A stretch of 64,000 nucleotides of DNA, taken from positions 81,964,001 to 82,028,000 of the forward strand of contig NC_043003.1 of NCBI RefSeq assembly GCF_006345805.1, written 5' to 3'. The stretch comes from Octopus sinensis. Lineage: Eukaryota. This document shows positions 25,590 to 37,315 of this stretch, piece by piece. The position numbers and the translations under genes are program-made. The notes beneath the pieces are model-generated. The model saw only the letters and a program-made list of their open reading frames with translations. It was not told where the DNA came from and did not search any database. Position 1 is the stretch's first letter, and every line of letters starts with the position of its first letter.

Positions 25590-26420
25590 GCTACAGATAG
25601 AAACGTTGTTAGAAAAATAGAAATATTGAACTAAATACCCTTACTACACGTAAAAGGTTGCCAACTACCAGCTATGGAGCTCGATACCACATCCCTCACA
25701 GACTCAGGGTGAGTGCTCTACCATTAAGCTACACCCCGCTGACAAAATTTTATCAGCGTATTGAGACGCTATAAAGCTAAATGCACAACTACGGGTATAT
25801 AAATAGTAAAAAAAAAACATTTGATTTTTTTATAAGCGCCGAAAATTTGTATTTTACTATACGAATAAGATGAATACATGTTTGGAATGCAGAAACACCG
25901 TTAGAACAGCAGAAATATCGGGTAAAATAGTAAAAATTTATAGGAAAACAAAAGAAAAAGACAGGTGTTTAAACACAACAAGGAAGTGTATTAGTTGGAC
26001 GCACGGGAAAATGAAAACGAGCCTACACACTTCAACAGAAAGGAATAAGAGAAAAATAAACAGAGAGAGAATGACATAAGACTTGTAGATTAGTAGTCAA
26101 GCGGCCTTACAAAGCGGAAAAATTCGTCAACAATCAGCCATGCAACTCGAACCCACGTCACTCAAAGACCCCGGCTAACTTTGTGGATAGAGTTTTCAGG
26201 AGGCAGTTTAGTTTAATGGTATAGCACATAGCCGGAGTCTTATGTGGGATGTGGGTTCGTGTTCTATGGCTGTTTGTTGACGAATTTTTCTTATTTTTAT
26301 GGGTATTTAAGCCAATTTTTATGCTGTTCTAAGACCGTTTCTATGTTCGAAAAACAAATTATCTTCTTATTTCGTACAATACACATTTTCGACGTTTATG
26401 AAGAGGAAAAAGAAATGTCT
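25590..26420. mobile_element. Three related tRNA-derived heads with a shared downstream body (minus 25668-25737, minus 26119-26178, plus 26202-26290)
   Basis: ggggtgtagcttaatggtagagc..gtggtatcgagctcc versus ggcagtttagtttaatggtatagc..gtgggttcgtgttc; shared body gggtattt..ttctaa..cgtttcta. Confidence 0.75.
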
Positions 26421-26777
26421 GTTTTTATCTATATATCCGTATTTCTTAATTACTTATTAAAGCAAAATGCAGCTTAACATTGTTATTTATTTAAGTCGTT
26501 ACCTTAGATGTGTTTCATATTATTATAATTGTCAGTATACAAAGGTAGTATTAGATGTACAGGAATGAAACATTAAAAAAATTACCTTATTTATTTATGG
26601 TTATACCTAGGTTTCAAGGTTTTTTAACGTGTAAAATTATCTGTTAAAGGTAAGTTTTTTAATGTTTAAATGTACATATTTTATATTGAGAATATGTTGT
26701 CTATTGACTGTTTATACATGCTAGGCCACTGGTGTTGAAATTTCTATAAATAGTCGCTACCCTATATATTTTACGTA

Positions 26778-27761
26778 TATGAGGAATTAGTTTGAGGCCG
26801 AATGAGGGAATCGAAAGAAAAGTTTGGCACTTCGTAATTATTTGATCATCATCAGGAAAGTAAAAGAAGGAAGACAGGAAAATAATTTTCTGTTCATTAT
26901 AAACAGGAGTTTGAAAGTTTTAGTGAAAAATTACAGATGTTAAAGAGAGAAATGACGTAATTATATTCTGGGATATGCTAAAGAAAACTGACAACCAAAA
27001 GTGTGAGAATGCGATGGCAATACATAGAAATAAGTTTAGTAAGGAAACGAGGGAAACAGCCAGAATGAATAAGTTTCTGGATGTTATGAGAGAAATGAAC
27101 AGTGTAGATGCTTGGTGTGTGTGTGTGTGATGAAGAATGGAAAGTTAATTTGTAGACGGTAGAGCGTTGTTCTTACGTGTATGTAGCATCGGATGCGCTT
27201 CTACCAGTGTATCAAAATGCCATATCTCGACGGGGCTGTTCTTTTCGGCCAGTGTAATAACGATCTTCTCTTGGCGTTTTGAGGCTGTGGACTAGGAAGG
27301 GTTCGTTCTAAATGAGTTGAATTTTATTTTTCTCTTCCGAAGTTTAACAGAAAATTCGTGACTTGAAATAGTTTAGGAGGCAAAAGTTATGTAATATGAT
27401 ACATGTAAAATATAACACCTAGATTTGTGAAAAAAACATTTTAGTGAAATTCAAGAAGTGACGCTTCTTATTAGCATGAAGCAGGATGAGGTAAATTTTG
27501 AGGCAGTGGTGTAAATGGCATGAAAATTTAGTGCATAGTAATCATAGCGATTGAGTAGTAAGGGGAAAAAAACTAATTGAAAGAGTGGGGAAATGTTTTG
27601 TAGACAAGTGATATAATGAATAATGCAACAAAATAGCTTCTACGTGATCCGAGTAAGTTAAACATAACAATCCGAAATAGTACTCCAAGAGAAGCTAAGT
27701 TGGAATCTCAGTATGTAATTCTGTTACATCAATATGGAGCGGAATCTGTTTAAAAGTATAA
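26778..27761 (+). repeat. Right arm of the ~1-kb inverted repeat
   Basis: Plus frames give eroded APE-like motifs (NDVIIFWD.., FLDVMREMNSVDAW, S.FRPV). Confidence 0.9.
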
Positions 27762-28429
27762 TAACAGCATTGACAGCGAATAAAATTTGTACGAGTTTGA
27801 CACTTAATGAATAAATAAATGCTGTGGACGTCTAGATTTATATGATTATCATCAGAAAGAGAGAGAGAGAGAGAGTGTGTGTGTGTGAGAGTGAGTGTGT
27901 GTGTGTGAGAGAGTGAGTGTGTATGTGAGAGAGAGAGAGAGAGAGGGATAACAACAAGCTGAATGTCATTGTTGTAAATGAGGCAGAGGCATGGAAGTTA
28001 ATTGAAAGATGTTCAAAACTCGAATATTCCCAAAGAGAGGTAATGTTGATTGTGTTACATGTCACCTTCTCCTGCTGTATCTATATGTTTAAGTATATTT
28101 TTGTGTGTATGTATGCATGTACAAGTTTCCTGAGTTGTCGCGTCAGGGAAAATATGAAAGATGAGTGTGTGATGTTTGTAAGTGGTAGATGCGTGTCTGC
28201 ATGGGAATGATGATGGAGTGTAGATAATGAATTTTGAGAGTGCTCGTAAATGTGTGTGGGTTTTCGAAACAGTGTTTGCCTTATATTTGAAGTGTAAGAA
28301 ATCATAAAGTTGTACTTATTGCCTATTTTTGAATATGTGCGCGCACATGTTCTATTAGCCCTTAGCCTTATCACCATTAATCTTATAAAGCTCTCATTTC
28401 GCATCTTCGTAATCTGTTTTCTGCCCTTT

Positions 28430-29290
28430 CCTATGTATTGAACAATTGTAGCTATCCTCTCGTTTCCACCTGCAACTTATCCGCTAAATTCATTTTAAAT
28501 AACAAAACCACATTCTTTTAGAGTTTATTACTGTACATCTTGTGAGATATTTTCCACTGTATCATCAATTTTCCTTCAGCGTCTAGGCCACATAACTTCC
28601 CCGTATATATATATTTATATATATATATATATATATATATACACTCTCTGCAGACCTGCATGCAATGTATGCCCTTTGCAATAACCGTTTCCTGATTTCT
28701 AACACTTTCTTCAGAATTCCATCATGCTTGAACCAGTCACCTCAACAAACACTTTTACCCTTTGTTGAATTTGTGCTCATCAGTGAACAGATACTGGATT
28801 GAACCCGCCACCCCAACTACGCCAACCTATTTGGTAACTACGTTGAAGCCCAGATCTTATCTGAATTTACCAGACCCATATGTAGTTTATATGTTGTTAT
28901 ACTTACAAATGTATTATCGTTTAATCAAAATCAAATCCTGCCTACGCAGCTCTTGAATTTATTTATTCTATCTTTGGCAAATCGGGCAACTTGATGTTTC
29001 TGTTTCCATCGACCAGGTCAGATACTTAACTGCTACTTCTATAAACATACTATCTTCAAATCTTCAACGTCTTATGCCAATATAGAAATTACGATACCGT
29101 ACTCTCAACTCCTTTGTTTCCGCTATCTGTTGCTGTTACTATGCATTTGCGCTTCATTCTCGACATATATGCCGGTTTTTTAAATAAAGTCAAACCACCA
29201 ACACAACTTTTGTACACGTTGTATTTAATCTCTCCGTTGTATTTAATCTCTGTGTCTAACTCATAGCTAACCACCTTCCCTTCTTTTATA
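28430..29290 (-). mobile_element. Probable decayed LINE remnant
   Basis: Strand-biased composition and weak RTE-like 3' peptides on the minus strand; split by a TA tract at ~28605-28640. Confidence 0.3.
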
Positions 29291-29299
29291 ACCAACCAC

Positions 29300-29845
29300 A
29301 CGTCTTAACTCTCCGTTGAGATCGCAAAGGAGGAATGTGTGCCAGAGTGGAAGCACGATCACGTCCACGCGAATCGGAACGGGTAAAGAAAGGGGAGGGA
29401 AGCGAGCGCAATGACGATCACGACCACACGAACGTCCACGCGGAACAGCACGAGCATGATCGCGGGTATACTTGACGACTCCGCTCTGGGTGTCGGGCGA
29501 TTTTAGCGCAGCTTCGAGAACGCAGTAGAGAGAAATGAGCGTCGGAGTAGGAGCACGATCACGTCCACGCTGGCCGAGACGGGCTGGAAGGCGAGCACTC
29601 GGTCGAAAGCGAGCGTGGACACGTGAACGCGTCGGGCTTCGCCAGGCTATCAGACGTTTGTGCGAACTCCCGTCAAGGCACGGCAGCGTGACGGAGAGCA
29701 ACTCGGTCGACTTGCTCGAACTGCTCATAGTTGTAGGAGACCCTTGGGTTGCGACGGTCACCTAGAGCGTGACTGTTCCCCCGTCGCGTTCTGGCAGCTG
29801 ACAGACGGGCCGTGATGCGGTATCGACCACGGGCACAACAACTCT
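29300..29845. other. GC/CpG-rich island with CACG-based repeats
   Basis: Abrupt rise in GC and CpG; gcacgatcacgtccacgc occurs at ~29354 and ~29552. Confidence 0.8.
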
Positions 29846-31145
29846 TTACATATTTCACACTGTTTCACTTACTTCTCCAAGAATTACACAAAATGCTTAA
29901 AGTGCCTTGTTTGCAGTTCAGTTTGCATATAACAAAGTGACTGGAAATTGGACTATAATCTAATTGCAGAACTTAGAACAACTTAGAAACCATTCCACCA
30001 AAGATCTTTCCATTTGCAGTTTTCCTTTCACATCGATATCCCATCTGAGAAGAGAATGAGAATATATATATATATATTCATTATAGACCTTTCTCAACAG
30101 ACATTTTAAATTATCATTCTCTTTATTCTAACCGTTTTTTCTTCAAATATACGCGTAACAGACCTCAGGAAAAGAAACGCAGTCACAATATGGCATTCAT
30201 CCAACAATCTCTCTTTCTCTCACACATGCAAATCCAGAAATGCGTTGATACATAAACAATCACACATGCGTACTCTTACCAACACGCCGAACGCTTTCCT
30301 CATATAAGAAATATGATATACAACTAAAACGATGATATACATGAAACCAACATACCAAAAGAAGTGCACCGTAAATTGTCACAAGTTGTCAGAAGCACAA
30401 ACACAGCGTATCAAGTATATATATATATATACACACACACATCAAATAGATATTCATAAATACGCAGACACACACATACACGCACACAGGTCGAGGATGC
30501 AAACATACAGATATACACAGATAACAGACACACATATCTACGTATACACAAAATAAACGCAAGTTTTGAAACGTACATACTCATATACACATGCAAACAC
30601 ACAACTGCTCACACATATCACTGTTGCTTTCCTTTGATAACTGTTCGACATTGAACACCACTTGCGTCTCACTTCCGCTTCATTCAAAAATATGGTTTTC
30701 TTTTAAATGCAAGTAGAGTAATCTGTCTCCTCTTTTCTCTTTCCTTCGATCTCTGAAACATCAAGTATTTTTCTTCTTCAATCATTCATCCTCTAATACA
30801 GAATTTTATCATATTGTTGTTGTTAGCATTGTCACTATTTTTGTGTATATTCTTTTCCACTGTGGCGTAAACAGACCCGCTTGTATCTATATCGAGATTT
30901 TATACTTGTGTTTCCAGGTAATTATTTTCAGCATTATCATTTTGGTTTACCGTCTATACTTTATAGGAATGCCCTATTTGCTCCACTTTATTGTTCTCAG
31001 TTCTAAACCTGCCGAGGTCAGATTGTCATTTCATCCTTTCCATGTCGATAAAATTAAGTTACGTTAGGACTAAACGCTCTCATTAAAACTGGAGGCTTCA
31101 TCATTATTAGTAGTAGTGTTATCATTATTAGTAGTGAGGCATTTA

Positions 31146-31481
31146 GTTTTCTTACGAACCACATGGTTCCGGGTTCATTCCTACTGCGTGACACCTTGGG
31201 CAAGTGTCTTCTACAATAGCGTCGGCTGACCAAAGCCTTGTGAGTGGATTTGGTAGACGGAAACTGAAGGAAGATCGTCGTATATATGTATGTGAGTGTA
31301 TATGTTTATGTGTTTCTGTTTGTTCACACAACATCGCTTGACGGTTCGGTAAAAGAGATCGATAGAATAAGTACTAGGCTTACAAAGAATAAGTCCTGGG
31401 GTCGATTTGATCTACTAAAGGCAGTGCTCCCGCATGGCCGCAGTTAAATGACTGAAACAAAACAGTAAAAGAGTAAAAGAG
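31146..31481 (+). mobile_element. Long-family SINE
   Basis: accacatggttccgggttc..ccttgggcaagtgtcttcta..gagtggatttggtagacggaaactg..agtaaaagagtaaaagag, running into (GTA)n. Confidence 0.92.
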
Positions 31482-31501
31482 TAGTAGTAGTAGTGTTGGT
31501 G

Positions 31502-31574
<73 letters not shown>

Positions 31575-31575
<1 letters not shown>

Positions 31576-31850
31576 TATATACACCCAACCGATTAGACTG
31601 TTGGATAAGAGAAATTCCTAACACCAGGCTGCAACAAGTAACCTTAGGTGCTAAAAACCCTGTTAAGTATCCTAGCTGTCCCTAATAACACTGTTTTCTG
31701 CTGCTGTACTAAAATGGGTTTTATGATTATTTCCTCTATCCGTCTGTTCAAAACTATAGGAATAATTCCTAATACACCTGTAGCTACTGGAATACATTTT
31801 ATCCGCACTGTAATTTAATGACTAGGTTCTGGTACTTTGCTATTTTTTCT
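31575..31850 (-). mobile_element. R4/Dong-clade 3' fragment, same family as 17360-18218, with a (TAC)n tail
   Basis: Reverse complement QQKTVLLGTARILNRV; 3' UTR matches 18110-18215. Confidence 0.8.
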
Positions 31851-31954
31851 ATACCTCTCATGTTGATTTTTTCATCATTGGGAGTGTAAAGTTAATTAAC
31901 TGGCAGTGAGTATTATTATTATTATTATTATTATTATCATTATTATTATTTGTT

Positions 31955-32003
<49 letters not shown>

Positions 32004-32004
32004 A

Positions 32005-33175
32005 CGTCGCACAGTATTCAATATCGTGAGGTTGTTGATTGAAAATAATGCGTCTACCGAGAGTTTGCACTGTCTGTCAAGTCACAAGTACCTCACACAG
32101 ACAGTACTGTACGCAATATGCGTGCAGTTCCAAGTAATGCCGATTTTTGTAATACATCTAGATTGTAGGGCATCTCTAAGGTTTTCGGATGTATTTTTTC
32201 AGATTGGGTGTTATTGAACCCAATGCTCCGGTAACAACAGGGATAACCTTTATGTTCGACTCTCGCAGTTGTCACATCTTAGCGATCTCAATTCTCACGT
32301 CTCCATATTTGTCAACATCTTCTCTTTCTCTCATTTTGATATGCTGATCTCTTGGCACTGATACGTCGATTATTAATCATTCTTCTTTGTCCCTCCTAAA
32401 GATTAGTATATCCGGCCTTCGGTGCCGAAGCGGTTTCTTTGGAAATCAAATGCTCACAGGATTTTCTTTCCTCTTTTCGTCCATTACCTTTTCCGGTGTA
32501 TGTTGGTACCAGGCACCCGTCAACACCTATCCGTACTTACGGCATAGTAGCCAGTGGAAGTTTTGAGCTACCTTGTCGTATCTGTGCTTGTACTCTTTCT
32601 GCCCAAGGCTTTCACAAGTTCTAACAATGTGAGTCACACTTTCAACCCTTTTCTCACACATTCTTCAGAGGTCCGATGCACTTGTGTGATATATATTCTT
32701 TTTCACTGAGTTGGTATCCAATGCCTGGTCCTGGGCCGCGATGATTAGGCTTTCGGTATTCTTTCTTAGGTCACCCTTCTTGAGCCACCTCCGTGTTGCT
32801 TCTTGGTCTTTTAATTTGTTGATTTCATAGTGGGACTGACCATGTAATTCCATACGGAGTAGGGTTTCCTCTTTCTCGCTAGCTGTTCTTGTTCGGAATT
32901 CATGAGCACTCTCACGTTCATTTTTGTTTACTCATTCTCCACTAGCAGCATACTGAAGCAGGTCTTCTATGCTGTTTACCAAATATTCTGCAATGTTTCT
33001 TCTTTCATTTTTGATGCACATCCTACGCTTATCAGCCCATGTCCATCCTTACCTTTTTCATATAGTGCCTATGCATATTTGCTTTAGGGTGGAGGGCACC
33101 ATGTATTGTCATTGTCTTTAAGGTAACGCGATCGAGTTGGTCATATCCGCTTGTGTCCATCTCAGGGTGGGTGCA
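32005..33175 (-). mobile_element. R4/Dong-clade retrotransposon, 3' ~1.2 kb
   Basis: LDRVTLKTMTIHGALHPKA, WLKKGDLRKNTESLIIAAQDQAL, LQKSALLGTARILRTVL; trinucleotide microsatellites on both sides. Confidence 0.9.
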
Positions 33176-34234
33176 CAATATTATTATTATTGTTGTTGTT
33201 GTTATTGTTGTTGTTATTGTTGTTATTGTTGTTGTTGTTCTTGTGAAAATATAAGCAGTTGTGGTAGACATGGCAGTGGTGGTCATTATGTTGGGTTTCA
33301 TGGTGCTGGTGGATGTTCGAATTATTACATATACTCTTAATGGAATAGCAAAGTTATAAGTGTTCTTAGATAGTTGGAAGAATAAAGTAAGGGTATTGCA
33401 ATACGATATATAATTTATTTAAACATATTCAGTTGTTAATATTATGACACCAGAATTGACATTTATATAGCTTCGAAATCAACAACTAAATTGCAAATGC
33501 TAGAAAGGGTGAAATTTATCACGACAGGGTACGTGTAATTCATAGAGACATATCGTCTTTCTCTCCATTAGATTTCGTGAAATAGGAATGTCTAAATTAA
33601 CTTTCATCTTCTGATTTCTTCAATTGCTAACAGCATGTTCTGTGTGCAAAATCTTCGATTGTTACGAAGGATATTATTACCACACCACACTTATAGACAC
33701 CACTGATATTTAGCTGCATTTGCAATAATTTTTTTTCTGCCGCAAATTACTTCAGTATTATTATGTAAAAAGCCAGTTGTCTTTCTGATTTCTTTCCTGC
33801 TTCACTCCATGTTACACTCACACTCACTGAAATGTAATTGCACTACAAAACTTGTTATGAGTAATCTTGTTTTCTCTTATATTAGAAGTTAATTTGCAGT
33901 TGTATGGCCAATGAATATGGCATTCGTGGCGCCGAAATATTTACGTTGCATAAATATTACTTACAGTGCAGTAGTGTCTGTATATTACTGTCTGATATAC
34001 ACTTGCACGTGCATATACACATAACTAAATATATAAATTAAAAATGAACGGCGAGTGTTAAGGACTTTTTTAGGAAAATAGAATGGTGAAGAATATGCTT
34101 CTACAATAGCAGTTAAATGAATTCAACCAGAAAAAATGAAAAAGTGCGTTCAAGTGCGTGTTCTAATGATTTTCTACAGAAACTGATGCTTGTATACATG
34201 CAATGGCACAAGGTAAGCAATTTCCACAGAGGGA

Positions 34235-34377
34235 CCCCAGTCCTCAACTATTACTTATTTTATTGAACCCTGAAGGATGAAAGGTAATGTCGACTTCGGT
34301 GGAATTTGAACTCAGAACGAACGTAAAGACGGACGAAATGCCGTTAAGCATTTCGCCCGGCGTGGTGAAGATTCTGT
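34235..34377 (-). mobile_element. tRNA-derived SINE fragment
   Basis: Reverse complement: acgccgggcgaaatgcttaacggcatttcgtccgtcttt..ttctgagttcaaattcc. Confidence 0.82.
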
Positions 34378-35550
34378 TTCATATTGAAAGTGGACAAACG
34401 TAGTATACCGTACTTATGTATCTAAATCATCCCAAAATTTAAAAGGCCTTACACTGATATCAATAAGTGACTACCCACACTACACCGCAGGTTATATATG
34501 GGGATTATATCTAGTTAGTTGAACAACCTTAGAATAATGTAATGAAAGATAAACAAGTAAATCGTATTTCATATACAATGAATAGAAAAGAAAAGTGTCT
34601 ACACTGCAACATATATGTTGCAATAGAAATATGCGATTTCCCGTCACAGCAAAATGTACATAAGCAAATATACGGTCTTCCATATAGGTTTACAAAGGAA
34701 AATATGATCTATTGTTGTTCAGTTTTTAATGTGTAATGTATAATATTTCGATGGAAACAGAACATAAGTATGATTTCACGTATGTACGATGTCACTGACT
34801 TATTTATTTTCCAATCATATCGATTTCCCTGCGTCTATAAATGTAAAATTTTCTATAATTATTTAGCGACTGTCATAACTACTCGTGTAATTTCCTAAAT
34901 ATGTCAGTTTCAGCTCGAATGACGAAAATAAAATGTTCCATTGATTAGCATCGCATTATTCTCAACACATGTATATTTCTAGTTAGTTTTCTAATTATTT
35001 TTTCATTATATATCAACATTAAAATATTGTTTTTACTGTTGAAAATATATCTGTATTATACAATTTCTAAACTACTGAAATAAAACAATAGCGAATGTGA
35101 AATATAAAAACAATATCTTGTCTATAAACCTTGAGAATAATAAATAGATTTCATTCTTAACTAATTGATGTCTATCTTCTAAATATCTGATCAATGAAAA
35201 ACAGATACCGGTACGCATTATTAATCTCAATACCAAGGCTTTGTTTCATATGCAGGAATATGTGTGCGTCTGATTGTGTGTGTGTGTGGTGTGTGTGTGT
35301 ACGCGCGCGCATATACGTATATGTAAATATATGTTTGTATATTTACATACACACATATATGTGTATGTGCGTGGATTGGGTGAGGCAACAGACGTGTTAT
35401 AAAATGCTGAGTCGTTTCCATCGTATGAAACTATTAATAGCTCATGAAAATATATACTGTGTACATAAAATAATATATATATATATACATACATACACAC
35501 ACACACACATACATATATATATAATATATATATATATAATATATATATAT

Positions 35551-36774
35551 AGGAGATAAATAAAAATATATGCATACATACAAACATATATGTACGTACC
35601 TACATCTACATGTATATATACATGCATATATAAATAATTATACGGAAGTACAGGACATCACAATAAGACGTAGAAACAGAAAAAGCCAAAAAACAAAAAA
35701 CAAGAAAACGGAAAACGAAAACCAAATACAGGACAGGTTACACAAGGACAAAACCCCCGTCATCAGCTGTCGCTAGAGGAGTCAGGCATGTTTCGAAGGC
35801 ATAACAGAACACTAATCCAATAGGCCTTCCTGCGAGAGAATTAAAATAAAATTTCAAGCAGCGGGGCACAATGAGTACGAACACAAACAAGACGTAACAA
35901 TAAGACTGCAAAATTAAAATACATGTACAAAAACAAACACAAGAGGACGAACGAAAAAGCCTTTTTTCTGGCATAGACAAACAATAAAACTGCAAAAATA
36001 AAAATACATGTACAAAAAGTACAATTAGTTACAAAACGAGAAAATAACAAGAATACTATACAGGAAATTAACCACACAAGGGGACGAACGAAGAAGCCTT
36101 TTTGCTGGCAAGGACGAAAGTGTAGTAGCAGCGCGTGGAGGCAGTCTTTTCAATAGTGGTAACCACGTGTAAGGAATTTTGTTTTATAGGCAAGGAAGAG
36201 GGAAGGAGGAGGGGGACACGCGGCGAAGAGAGAGGAGGAGGGGGAGGGAGAAAGATTGAAGAGGTTAAAGCAAAGGGAGAGAGTACCGCATCTTCAATAT
36301 AATAATATTAATATAAAAAAAGGGGACCAGAAGTGGATCGAAACGACGAATCGGAACGAACCTGATGCGGGGCGCTGTCAGACAATAAGGAGATAAATAA
36401 AAATATATGCATACATACAAACATATATGTACGTACCTACATCTACATGTATATATACATGCATATATAAATAATTATACGGAAGTACAGGACATCACAA
36501 TAAGACGTAGAAACAGAAAAAGCCAAAAAACAAAAAACAAGAAACCGGAAAACGAAAACCAAATACAGGACAGGTACACAAGGACAAAACCCCCGTCATC
36601 AGCTGTCGCTAGAGGAGTCAGGCATGTTTCGAAGGCATAACAGAACACTAATCCAATAGGCCTTCCTGCGAGAGAATTAAAATAAAATTTCAAGCAGCGG
36701 GGCACAATGAGTACGAACACAAACAAGACGTAACAATAAGACTGCAAAATTAAAATACATGTACAAAAACAAAC

Positions 36775-36778
<4 letters not shown>
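35551..36778 (-). mobile_element. Non-coding direct-repeat element E2: two ~390-bp repeats (35551-35942, 36388-36778), period 836-837 bp, between TA tracts
   Basis: The repeats differ by one substitution and one 1-bp indel that I could find. The spacer is pyrimidine-rich on the minus strand. Each repeat carries hammerhead-like cores on the minus strand. Confidence 0.85.
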
Positions 36779-36833
<55 letters not shown>

Positions 36834-36836
<3 letters not shown>

Positions 36837-37131
36837 CAACCCTATTATCAACCCTATTATCTCCCCTTATTTCGCTCTCGCGTCTCATGTTTGATCCTTG
36901 ACCTCTGGCCGAAATCAGATCGCCATGTTGATTCGTTAGCTACTGCACGCATTTTTTTTTCTCTCCTTCTTTCTGTGTTTTTTTTCTCTCTGTGTATCTT
37001 TCTGTTGAAGAGCGTAGGCTCGAAACGTTAAAGACTTGTTTTATTTATATTTCCTGAGCGCCATACTAATACAATTGTTCGTTTGTTTTCCACCTGCCTT
37101 CGTCTTTTGTCTATTTTCATAAAGCTTCCCG

Positions 37132-37135
<4 letters not shown>
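36834..37135 (+). mobile_element. Penelope-like terminal repeat, family E4 copy 2
   Basis: Homologous to 17100-17260 and 41440-41632; TA tracts on both sides. Confidence 0.75.
36997..37034 (+). ncRNA. Minimal type I hammerhead-like motif, A6U variant
   Basis: TCTTT CTGTTGA A GAGC-GTAG-GCTC GAAA CGT T AAAGA: 5-bp stem I, 4-bp stem II, palindromic ACGT stem III. Confidence 0.6.
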
Positions 37136-37203
<68 letters not shown>

Positions 37204-37315
37204 TAGTTAGTTAGTTAATTTTGGCTCAAAAAGCAAAAAAGCAAGGCCATGTAGGGGGACATGGAGTTTTGTACAGGGTGGTGTTCATGTAAAGAGTTCA
37301 GGCCATTAGATTCCT

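Noticed and set aside
25668-25737. tRNA gene
   Set aside because: The acceptor stem does not pair and the anticodon loop is 9 nt; it is a tRNA-derived head only.
29267-29761. 164-aa Arg-rich ORF as a gene
   Set aside because: Long ORFs are expected in GC-rich repeats; the repeated motif shifts frame and no domain is recognisable.
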